Shown here: positions 26,237 to 36,767 of the stretch, one piece after another | Layout of the letters: each line of letters begins with the position of its first letter | Numbering within the stretch: position 1 is the stretch's first letter | NCBI GenBank assembly: GCA_043228905.1 | Contig: JBHGNT010000012.1 | Location: forward strand, 19,902,001-19,966,000 | DNA length: 64,000 nt | Reading direction: 5' to 3' | Origin: Azolla caroliniana | Lineage: Eukaryota > Plantae > Polypodiophyta | The notes under the pieces: generated by a model | Told to the model about the DNA's origin: nothing | Seen by the model: only the letters and a program-made list of their open reading frames with translations | Databases searched by the model: none | Program-made: the position numbers and the translations under genes

Positions 26237-26683
26237 TAGTTAGAGAAATTTGAGCTTCAGAGCCAATAATATAATTCATAAGATTACTGTGAGATTGTAG
26301 AAAGTAGCGTGCGGAAGCAGGTATGAAGACAAAACAGAGGAAGGAAACACAGGTTTAATGGAGAGCTTGAGCTTACACGGTATACGCAGGAGAGACAGAG
26401 AGAGAGAACACAAAAAACTATATTTCACAATAATACTCAATCTCTGTACATAAGACGTGCTCAGTGAGCACTTTTATACAAGTCCTAAAAGGACTGACCG
26501 AAGTACTGACAGTACTTCAATGCTCATCAAGAGCCCCTACACTAACTCCCAAATATATTCCTCACGGAATATCTTTCCTAACGACCTCCCGGTTTACGCA
26601 CTCGGCCTAACCGATTGGTCCCAACCGATCCGGTCCTCGGCTTCTTCAGCCGATCCGGCCGATGTTGAGCTTGTCTCTCAACA
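26237..26683 (-). mobile_element. Probable solo LTR
   Basis: Ends TCTCAACA; LTR-like composition with a reverse TATA-like motif (TTTTATA ~26472). Left end and TSD are uncertain. Confidence 0.4.
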
Positions 26684-27624
26684 GAGATGTATAATTTCCT
26701 TACCAACCAACCGAAAAGGAGGAATTTCTAGACTAGGGGTTAAATATATAAATTTTTAGGAAGAATTGGAAGAGTTGAAGGAGTTAATCCTACACGAGGA
26801 GTAATATAGACAATCATCAAAGGGTTGGAAGATGCCAAGATATAGTTTCGATGAAATCTTCAAAAGCATGACGGTTGCTACACTAGGGCTATGCTCGTCG
26901 ATCATTTTAGTTTGATACAAACCCATGACAATTTCATTTTATCATCATCATCATCTTCTTCTTCTTCATCTTATCCTCATCTTGGTTTGAAAAGTTGTGC
27001 TATTCCTCATCCTACCCCATACTGATTATCATCGACCAACTTGACAGTCTCACGATGGTTTGAACTCGGCTCACATAACCACTCGTTTCTTCATATTCTT
27101 CTTCTTGTCCTTATCCTCATCCTAGTTATGGTCCTTTGTGCTAGTCTTGGTCCTACCCCATACAATCTTATTGTCCATCGATCGTCTCACGGGCACTCTG
27201 AACCCCAACTCACATAACAACTTGTAACAGTGGGTGGAGAGAGTTCGACCCTAGCATGGCAGAGCTTTCGTGTGTGTACTTTGCGTGACGCGATTTCCGA
27301 TCGGGGGCAGGATGGAGGAGTCAGAAGGCATCATCTCGGAGCCCCCGACCGGCCGACTTCCAGACATCTGCTCGGGTGTGAACACCCCCCCCTCGTGAGT
27401 GAGAGCAAATGAGGAGAACCAAAAATATAATCTCTTCCAAACTTTAGCCAAAACCTTAAGCCTATCAAAAAACAAAACAAAAAACCCTTAACAAAAAAAC
27501 TAGTGCAAAGGAGGGGGGGCCAGAAATATAAATTCTTCCAAAATTTAACCAAAACCTAAGCCCCTCTCAAAAAAAGACCTTAACAAAAAACTAGTGCTGA
27601 GAATTTACTCAGGCTTTTTTCTGA

Positions 27625-27656
27625 CTCTAGGGTTTCCATCCTTTTTCTAGGGTTTT
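27625..27656 (+). promoter_or_regulatory. Telo-box pair in the EBP2 5' region
   Basis: Two TAGGGTTT motifs just upstream of the ATG at 27666. Telo-boxes are typical of plant ribosome-biogenesis genes. Confidence 0.55.
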
Positions 27657-27665
27657 CAAGCTCCC

Positions 27666-28850
27666 ATGGCGAGCTTCAGATCAGTCGCAGCCGGCGCTGC
27701 TCCCGCAGACGACGACCTCCCCTCCGACGATGAAGATGAATATGGCGATGGCAGCAGCGACAGCGGTGACGAACCCTCAGAGATTCTCCAGTCCCACCCC
27801 CGCCCTAACGCCGTCTACAACTCCATCGCCATCCATGAGAAGCTCGAAGAGATCGGATGGCCTGAAGACCTCGATTGGCTCCACTCCCTCTCTGTTTCCT
27901 TTGACACCAATGATGCAGAGATCGACGTGAACGATGACCTCGCTCGAGAGATGGCTTTCTACACTCAAGCTCTCGAAGGAACTCGCGAAGCTTTCATGAA
28001 GCTCCAATCTCTCGGCATTCCTTTTCTGAGACCTGTCGACTATTACGCGGAGATGGTGAAGAGCGATGTCCATATGCTGAAGGTGAAAGAGTCGCTTCTG
28101 TCTCAGCAGAAGCAGATGGAAGAGATAGAAGAGAGAAGGAAAGCTCGAGAATCCAAGAGGTTCTCTAAAGAAGTGCAGGCAGAGAAGATAAAGGAGAGAG
28201 CCAAGGAGAAGAAAGAGAGTATCGAGTCTGTGAAGAAATGGAGGAAGATGAGGCAAGATAAAGGATTTGAAGGTGAGGAAGACGCGTTCCCTGTGGATTT
28301 TGATGATGGGGATGGAAACGTTCGGAAACCTGCCTTCAACAAGAGGAAAAGGAATGACTCGGAGGGAAGAGGTAATGGAAATCTTGATCCAAATAGCAGA
28401 AGTCCAAAGAGACAATTTGGAGCTTCAGTAAGAGGAAAAGGAAGGGAATTTGGAAATGGAAAGCTCGAGTCCAATAGCAAGAACCCTAACAAGAGTTCAT
28501 TTGGGGATTCAGGAAGAGGAAATGGAAAAGAGTTCAATAAAGGAAAGCTCGACTCCAATAGTAGAAGTCCTAACAAGAGATCCTTCGGAGCTTCAGGAAG
28601 AGGGAATGGAATATCTTTTGATCAGGACGGAGGAGGTAAGAAAAGAAGTAATACTAATGCTGCACCTTGGGATAGATCTGGTGGGAAAGGGAAGAAAACA
28701 GTAGGTAAAGGTAGTAAGGTCTCAAAGAACAGAAAAGCTCGAGATTCCAAGTATGGCCATGGTGGAAGGAAGAGTATGAAGAAAGCCAACACTGCAGAGT
28801 CTTCTGCAGGATTTTTCGGATCAAAAGGAAGCAAAGGGAAAAGGAAATAG
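27666..28850 (+). CDS. EBP2: rRNA-processing protein EBP2 (60S biogenesis), intronless CDS
   Basis: IDVNDDLAREMAFYTQAL, PFLRPVDYYAEMVKSDVHM, K.FSKEVQA and RKARDSKYGHGGRK..KK.NTAESS are Ebp2 motifs. Confidence 0.95.
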   Translation: MASFRSVAAGAAPADDDLPSDDEDEYGDGSSDSGDEPSEILQSHPRPNAVYNSIAIHEKLEEIGWPEDLDWLHSLSVSFDTNDAEIDVNDDLAREMAFYTQALEGTREAFMKLQSLGIPFLRPVDYYAEMVKSDVHMLKVKESLLSQQKQMEEIEERRKARESKRFSKEVQAEKIKERAKEKKESIESVKKWRKMRQDKGFEGEEDAFPVDFDDGDGNVRKPAFNKRKRNDSEGRGNGNLDPNSRSPKRQFGASVRGKGREFGNGKLESNSKNPNKSSFGDSGRGNGKEFNKGKLDSNSRSPNKRSFGASGRGNGISFDQDGGGKKRSNTNAAPWDRSGGKGKKTVGKGSKVSKNRKARDSKYGHGGRKSMKKANTAESSAGFFGSKGSKGKRK

Positions 28851-29478
28851 TATTGCTTTTTTTATACATGCTTTAATGAAATCTCGTTATCTTCATCTTC
28901 TTCTTCATTTTAAATGAGGTAAGAGATGGATGTAAGAAAAGAAAGCTCATTTTTGCAGGTTTTATTGTCTGCTACCAGTTTTGTTTGAGAGATTTCTAGT
29001 TCTTTTCTTACAATTGATAGCATGTGTTTTGTTCTTATTTCAAATCAAATCACAAAATTTAAGGGCTTCCACAATGACTGTGTTCTGAGATATTGGAATT
29101 GTGGGGTTTGAAAATGTGATGCTTTATTGAATTCTGTTAAATTCTCGGTAGTATTTTCATTCATGACTGCATATAGATTGTTTCCTCTCGACTGTTTGTT
29201 TAGTTCATCACTTGTGTTATGTGTGATACTCTCATGTGTATGTATGTACATTGATCGTCTGTATATAACTAATAACTAAAAGGATCATTTGAAAGAATGG
29301 ACTAAGCATATTTATAATTCCTGTTGTGTTACATCCACAGGACCAATGATTAGTAAGGGTAGGAATTATGTAAATCTATTGGGAAGTTACAATTGAGTAG
29401 AAGAAATATCTTGACTGGTTAGAAGTTTGTTTTTTGGTATTGAAGATCATAAAAGAGTGTACTATTGGAGTGTTAAGT

Positions 29479-29572
29479 AGGGCTATGATGATGATATTTC
29501 TCGATGCTGAGGTACAAATACACATCACAAGTGTGTTTTTTGCATGCTGATCAATGTGCAAAACTGAGCCCT
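29479..29572 (+). ncRNA. Box C/D snoRNA, predicted guide for U6 snRNA 2'-O-methylation (Gm84)
   Basis: Terminal stem AGGGCT/AGCCCT; box C ATGATGA at 29485; D' CTGA at 29507; C' ATGCTGA at 29544; box D CTGA at 29564. Guide ATTTCTCGAT (29496-29505) is complementary to plant U6 ATCGAGAAAT. Confidence 0.8.
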
Positions 29573-29819
29573 TTAGCTACTTATTTTCAATAGCCTTGTG
29601 ATTAGTACATGCATTTAGGTGATGCGCTGCTACTTTGTTATGTTGAGAGTCTGTTTGGTTTTATGTGATTTATACTCTGATGGATATATGTTTTAACAGT
29701 GTTTAGAAGGAAGCATTACAAAGGAGTGCTTCATGATGACAGTATAAAGTCTCCATGATAACCCATTTGTCTAGATAAAAGCAGTAGATATGAAAAACTG
29801 TTGGCAGTGGTCCAAGTCT

Positions 29820-30630
29820 ATTCTGGATACACTCTGTGAGAATAGACAACATTGTTTAGCAATTTTGACGGAACAGAGGCCCACATGAAAGATCTTGTTT
29901 ATAACTAATTGGATGGACCTGAGCCTCAAACAAAAAACTTTGTTTAGCCATTTTGATGGAACAGAGGCTCACATGAAAGATCTTGTTTATAACCAATTTG
30001 ATGGACCCGAACCTCAAACAAAAAACTTTGTTTAGCCATTTTGATGGAACAGAGGCTCACATGAAAGATCTTGTTTATAACCAATTTGATGGACCTGAGC
30101 CTCAAACAAAAAACTTTGTTTAGCCATTTTGATGGAACAGAGGCTCACATGGAAGATCTTGTTTATTCTGGATACACTCTGTGAGAATAGACAACATTGT
30201 TTAGCAATTTTGACGGAACAGAGGCCCACATGAAAGATCTTGTTTATAACTAATTGGATGGACCCGAGCCTCAAACAAAAAACTTTGTTTAGCAATTTTG
30301 ACGGAACAGAGGCCCACATGAAAGATCTTGTTTATAACTAATTGGATGGACCCGAGCCTCAAACAAAAAACTTTGTTTAGCCATTTTGATGGAACAGAGG
30401 CTCACATGAAAGATCTTGTTTATAACCAATTTGATGGACCCGAACCTCAAACAAAAAACTTTGTTTAGCCATTTTGATGGAACAGAGGCTCACATGGAAG
30501 ATCTTGTTTATAACCAATTTGATAAACCTGAGCCTAAAACAAAGTTTTTTGTTTTAGCCATTTTGATGGAACAGAACTGGAATTGAAAAACATTGTTTAG
30601 CCATTTGGGTGGAACAGAGCTTGAAAGGAA
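29820..30630. repeat. Hierarchical tandem array (~44-bp monomer, ~88-bp dimer, ~345-bp block)
   Basis: GCCATTTTGATGGAACAGAGGCTCACATG at 29947, 30035, 30123 and onward. The block TTCTGGATACACTCTGTGAG occurs at 29821 and 30166. Confidence 0.92.
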
Positions 30631-31320
30631 AGTTGGGGGGGAGTGTGTCGAAGATACTGGAATCCCTAAAAACAAATCCTCATGACCATTAGGCCAATTG
30701 TTGGGTCAACTAATGCAAAAGCCATAGACAAAGGTAATCCGATACTAGTGTGATAATTTGGCTTCGTAGGTCATCCTCATATGTCACAATTGCTATGATT
30801 GAAGCTATTCAACACTGAATAGAACTATGTTAAGGCCCTCCCTGTCAATTCTATGAGGCATTAGTTAACTTCTAATTTAGGTTATTTTTGTGAGAGAGGT
30901 GAGTTTATGCTAAGTGAGTAAAGTGGCTTGAGAGTGATTGACAAAACTCTTACCCAATCCACAATCATTAGGGTATATGGCAGTCCAGATCCTTTGGCTC
31001 ACGTTGCACAATACCAGTGTAGGGGTACAACTACACCTATCCAAAGTCATGCATATGGTGGAGAACACCTTGAGTCTACCATGTATAAGGGTGGGATGGT
31101 CAAATGGTCATTTTTGTTTGAGTGAGTGCAGAATGAGCGAAGACTGTTGATAGTATTTTGGAGTGGTGCATTTGGTTCAACAACACCATCACAACTCATA
31201 TGTATTGCAATAGGTAATAAATCCCTATTACCAAATCTCTTATGAAAGAGATGATAACTAGAGGTTGAGAGAGAAATGGCTCTCTGCGACTATCTCTTGA
31301 GAACTAAGCTAATATAATAA

Positions 31321-31790
31321 CAATTGGCAACGGTTCGGTTTGAGAGGGTCCAAACCGTTTAATTTTTTTGAAACCTAAACTGAACCGAACCGCAAACCGT
31401 TAAACCAAACAAACATTTTTCAAACTATAAAAACCACGGTTTCGGTTTTCAACATAAGTCAAATTTTAAATTTATAATATTTCATTTTCTAAAATTTTTA
31501 AAATTTTTAAGATGTTCTTAAAATGTGAAAATAAAGTCTAAAAATGAAAAGATTGCTTAAAAACAATTTAAAATTTTTTTTAGAATTGTTTAAAAAATTT
31601 TACAATTTTTTTTAAAAAGAAATAAGAAATAAGAAATAAAAAATTGTTAAACCGTTTAAACCGCGGGTTTTTGCTGATGAAACTGAACCGAATTGTTTTA
31701 AAAAACCCAAACCTGAACTGAACCGAACCATTGAAGCTGTTAAAACTGCGGTTTCGCGGTTTGGTTCGGTTCAAACCGAACCGTTGCTTG
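31321..31790. mobile_element. AAACCG-rich MITE (hAT-like non-autonomous element)
   Basis: TIR-like GCAACGGTTCGGTTTGA ... TCAAACCGAACCGTTGC, subterminal AAACCG/CGGTTT repeats and an AT-rich core. A homologous copy lies inverted at 38153-38578. Confidence 0.8.
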
Positions 31791-33629
31791 TTACTTGCTA
31801 ACTACAACCACCACCGTCTCTTCATCGACAATAGTTCATGTATAATTGGCGGCACTTCTTCATCGACAAGGATTCATATATAATTGGTGACATTTCTTCA
31901 TCACAAAGGGTTTGTAGATAATTGGTGAGGGAGGGAAAATAACATTGTATGCCCTTTCCACTTAAATTATCACGAATGGCCCATAAATGGGCTTTACACA
32001 CTCTCTGTCCCATCTTTAAGAATGCTTTTGCCAAGTTGCCCCTTTGCTAAGAGACAAATACCCCTTCACATACACCTACTTATCTATCCCATAGTTAAAT
32101 TATAGAATTACATGATTTCTTTATATGTCCCTCATTTAGATGGCTAACATACCATACTATGTTTAATTTTGTACTTACTATACAAACCTCATAACTTTTC
32201 TTTGCGATCATTGGCACCCATTGTTTCCTCCTATAAAAATCGGCGCCAACATATTTTCCACGATAAAAAGAGTAGAAATGATAACAATGGCCTTTCGAAG
32301 CAAGATGGAGTAAAGAATAAAGCACCTACTTTTTACATACAACTTGCTCACCGAATGGGGCTAGTTTTCGTCAAAGACTTCTGGAAGTCAACAATTACTC
32401 ATACACTCGTCACAAAGCAACAATAGGACATTAATTCCATTGATGCAAATTCCACATATTGAACTCAACTTGTCTCCCACATCATTATCAATCAAATCAA
32501 ACCAAACGATGGCATGATATTTTTCAAACGAATCTACAAATCCATGGAAATTTCCAAGAAAATGACAAAGAAGAATTACTCTAAAAAGTGTCAAGAATGG
32601 CCATCATTACTCTATGAGTGGCCTAGAAAGGTGAGAACGTGCCTTTTCAAACGTCCACTCATATATGAACATATATCTCACAAGGAATAGAATTTACTAC
32701 ATAAATACATGGCGAGCAATCGTGTGCAATGACTGCAATTTGAGAACCGTAGACATATAAGGTCAAAGCATACAAATTTTCAACATCTCAAATATTTCAA
32801 AAAGAGTCTAAGACACTTGCTTTGTGTGTGTGTGTGTGTGTGTGTTTGTGCCGTTGGGAGGGTGAAAAGGAAAGGATTGAAACCATGTGGTCCTAGGACA
32901 TTAACAACATATCTTGAAACTTTTGTTCAATTAAGAACCATAAACAAAGCATGCAGTTGCAAAGGGTGCGAAAGACTAATATTTTCGACATGCAAACATC
33001 AATGAGGAAAGTTATAGCAACGAGTTCATTTCTTCTTCATTTTTTGTTTGCATGGGGGATGCCTTGCATGACATTTGGAATGGGGGCGAGTCAACAACAG
33101 ATACATAAAAGCAACACGAACGACGGAGTTTAAAGTATGTGTAGATTACATATATGACATATACATAGGATTCGAGATGGAGGACCGACCATCAACAGAC
33201 ACGTACGTGCCTTTGTGTTTTACAAAATTACGAGGATGCTCCCCCTTGAAAGAGAAGAAGTTTTGGTCTTCATGAAGGAGGGAAGAGAAGTTGTGGCTTT
33301 GCATGAGCAAACTAATGTTGTTTTCTGGTATAAAGTTGCGTGAGGTCGAGAAATGTCATCATGTAAAAGGCCAATGTTAAGAGAGGCAAGCCGACCGGTC
33401 AAATGGACCCCCCCATGTAAGAGACAAAAGTTGAGGTCTGAGAGACCAATCTCCCGGCCAAGCCCCCAATTGGATGGATCAATCCGAGTTTTGACCCAAC
33501 TCCTGGCCAAGCCCCCAATTGGATGTATCAACCCGATGCATATGCATATCAATGCCTCTACCTGCCTTTTGCCTGTCTGTCTTTGCACCCAAAAGAAGAA
33601 GAAGAAGAAGAAAAAAAACCCTAACTTTT

Positions 33630-33715
33630 TAAGCACGTGTGCAAATAGAAAACGGCGGCAATTTGAGCACGTGCGCAAATGGAAGAAAGGGGGCTCATTT
33701 TTAAGCACGTGTCAA
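33630..33715 (+). promoter_or_regulatory. Three G-box/ABRE (CACGTG) motifs upstream of the SAP gene
   Basis: GCACGTG at ~33633, ~33667 and ~33705, followed by a long CT/GT tract. Confidence 0.45.
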
Positions 33716-33739
33716 AAAAGGGAAGAGTGAACGCGTTTT

Positions 33740-34235
33740 CCCCTCTCTCTCTCTGTCTCTGTGTGTCTCTCTAGACTCTCTCTCTCTTCTTTTTTGTAAA
33801 CTCTCTCTCTCTTCTTTTTTGTAAACTCTCTCTCTGTCTCTGTGTGTGTGTGTCTCTCTCTCTCTAAACTCTCTCTTTGTCTATGTGTGTGTGTCTCTCT
33901 CTTTCTTTCTCTCTCTGCGTATGTGCGTGTCTCTCTCTCTCTCTCTCTGTCTCTTCGTGTGTGCGTGTCTCTCTCTCTAGACTCTCTCTGTCTCTATCTC
34001 TGTGTGTGTGTGTGTGTCTCCACTCTCTCTCTCTCTCTCTCTCTCTAGACTCTCTCTCTGCCTCTGTCTGCCGCATCTCTGATGTGTTGTGGTCTCTTTG
34101 TCTGTGCCTTTTAATCCATCGATCGCCATAGCCCTTCTTCTTATATCTATCTATCTATCTCTCTGTTCTTTGCTCTGTTTTCTGCCCTCACTTCTCAGTC
34201 TCTCTGGTTCCTGCTCTCTCTCTCTCTCTCTCACC
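33740..34235. repeat. Compound (CT)n/(GT)n microsatellite region
   Basis: Visible directly in the sequence. Confidence 0.9.
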
Positions 34236-34367
34236 TCTGTTTTTTCTTGGCTCTGATCTGCCCCCCCTCCTCTGTTGGTCTAGGGTTTTTTGTTTTTGCT
34301 TCATTCTGTTGGTCTAGCTAACCCTTTTGCTCCCTGATCCCTTTCCTTTCCTCCTCTTTCTTTCTTC

Positions 34368-35201
34368 ATGGCTCAGCACAGCACAGATCCCTCTCAGCTC
34401 CCCTCAACAGACTCCATGAAGAAAAGCTCTTCTTGCTTCTCAGAGAAGCAGGGTAGCAGCAGCAGCAGTAGCCTTGAACCCAACACCACTACTAGTGTGG
34501 CCTCGGATTTGAGTGCCATATCCTTGCCACATGCCATGGAAACTACTACCACCGACATCTCTGCCCATCCCTCCTCTATTTCAGCATCTCTGTCTGTTCT
34601 GCGCTCCGATCCTGATGTGTCACAGCAAAACCCTAGCACACAACCCTGCACTGTGCCGTGCCATCATCATCACCATCACCATCACCATCACCATCACCAT
34701 CACCATCCTCCTCATTCTGTTCATGTCGGTGCTTCTGGATCATCATCCACCACCGACACTGCATCGCCATCAAATCGGTGTTCATGCCATGCCAGCCCCG
34801 CGGCGTGGTCATGGTTATCCTCCACTTCAGCAGAGATTATGGAGATCCAGAACATTCCCGCACTCTCGCTAGTAGCTGAACCAGAATTAGATGCCCTTCG
34901 CCCCAACACGAATCGTCCGAGCCCTCCTATACCCGGAGTTTACACTAGTCTCTCTCCCTTCGGAGAAGAGCAAGGAAAGAATCCACAAGGAATGGTGATG
35001 GCAAGACAGAGATCATGTGAGGCGTGTCGCAAGCGAGTAGGCCTCGTCGGTGGATTCAAGTGCAAGTGTGGAGGGTTATTCTGTGGTATGCATAGGTATT
35101 CGGATCGGCACAAGTGTACCTTCGACTACAAGGCAGCTGGAAGAGAAGCCATAGCTAAAGAGAATCCTCGGGTGGAGGCCATCAAGCTGGTGAAGATTTG
35201 A
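34368..35201 (+). CDS. AN1-type zinc-finger stress-associated protein (SAP-like) with no A20 domain and a His15 tract
   Basis: C-terminal [51 protein letters not shown]...KLVKI is a canonical AN1 finger. Confidence 0.9.
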   Translation: MAQHSTDPSQLPSTDSMKKSSSCFSEKQGSSSSSSLEPNTTTSVASDLSAISLPHAMETTTTDISAHPSSISASLSVLRSDPDVSQQNPSTQPCTVPCHHHHHHHHHHHHHHHPPHSVHVGASGSSSTTDTASPSNRCSCHASPAAWSWLSSTSAEIMEIQNIPALSLVAEPELDALRPNTNRPSPPIPGVYTSLSPFGEEQGKNPQGMVMARQRSCEACRKRVGLVGGFKCKCGGLFCGMHRYSDRHKCTFDYKAAGREAIAKENPRVEAIKLVKI

Positions 35202-36767
35202 TCTCTCATCCTTTTCTTTCAAATCTTCTTCATCCTGCCTCGTAAGAGTGATAAAATCTTGTATATGGTGGAATGTAATTTGATCCATCCTTTATGTTTG
35301 GTGCATCATATATGTAGTTGATGCCACTAAAGAGATTTAAATTCTCATATATATTGTAAAGCCTTACAGTTAAGTTTAGGGTTTAGGGTTTAGAGTTTTG
35401 CTCCTTCTGTACTTTGCATCATATTATTATATGAATGGAAGTTATAGAGATTATATCCGTTATCATGTTTTCCACATGATGCTAGCCCTTCTGGTTTAAG
35501 AAGGATGGCACAACATGAATTATATTGTCATTCATTATTTTGTGGCGGATTTTGCCCTCCTCTTTAACACCATGGTTACTGCATAAATGGGAACCTTGAT
35601 AATAGATTCGTGAAGTTTGACACAAACTATATCTCTAATAAACCTTCAGGGTTTTCCTTTCCATTCATGACTTAGTTAGTTAACACAAATAACCAGTTTT
35701 TTTACAAATGACAGTAAATCCGTGAGTATTTTAAACAAAACCAACCACGACTTGAGTTCCTTTGTTTACCCATTAACAACTAATCCCCCCTATATACAGT
35801 GATCCACAGACCACGCGGTATCAAAAGCTATATTAGATATGTATAAGAAGACCCTGTTTTTGAGTCATTGGGTCATCCGTGTGAGCATATATCAAAAATA
35901 TATTGCATACATTCATTGGAGAAAAATGAAGCAAAAACGGTGTCTAGTAGTGGGTTGTTTCTTTAGAGAGCACCTTTTGAGAAAAACAGATATTTCATTC
36001 TAGACTTGATCCTGCAATTTCGAGTCACTTGACTGCCTTTTTGTAGGGCTATCCAGATAAAGAAAAATCCTTTTGACCTTGTCAAACGATGTATAAAATA
36101 TTAAACTTAAAAGTGATCTATGTTAACTAACATCCCTTTTCAGCTTTCACCTGGTGCATTAAACTAGATGTCAGATCACTTGTAATAGATATTGGGCATT
36201 ACTATAAGGAATCTAAGAACCCCAAGAAATCTAGCGTTTCAGTCCTACATCATACCAATGGGGAAAAAAATCCTCAATCCACGTAGGCATAACCTTACCT
36301 CCATACTTTAACATATCCACATGCTTGGAATTCCTCTCTCTTCTTTCATTGGTCAAATTCTGATATAGTATACACTAATTTTTGTGCACTAAATCTCATA
36401 TCAAGACATACCTTTGGAACTCGCATCAGATTATTTATGCTAATTGCTAAATGTAGAGATGGTTACTAAAATAGGATTACCTCACTACTCTCTAAGAACA
36501 ATATGTGAATGAAGGCTCCAATCAATGAATAACATTATTCAAAGTTAGTTAAAATTTCAGAAACTGAGCAGGGGTTCAGTAAGTTATCAATAATACAATT
36601 ACAAAACCCTTAGACGAATGGTGTGTTTGATGTTGCATCACCAAAAATGAAATGCTATTAAAATGGGGTGATGAAGGAATGATTTTACATATACTTTTTT
36701 AATTAAATCAGTTCAAGTAATGTCTGTAGTGGGCACACAATCTTGTCATAGAAACTTCCAAGAAACT

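Noticed and set aside
27777-28576. Long antisense ORFs over EBP2
   Set aside because: These are shadow frames of a purine-rich coding strand with no recognisable domains.
29725-29800. Second C/D snoRNA starting ATGATGA at ~29732
   Set aside because: No downstream CTGA box D with a closing stem.
29820-30630. CRISPR array or tandem snoRNA cluster
   Set aside because: There are no unique spacers. The ATGAAAGA...CTGA segment is too short and lacks a proper box C.
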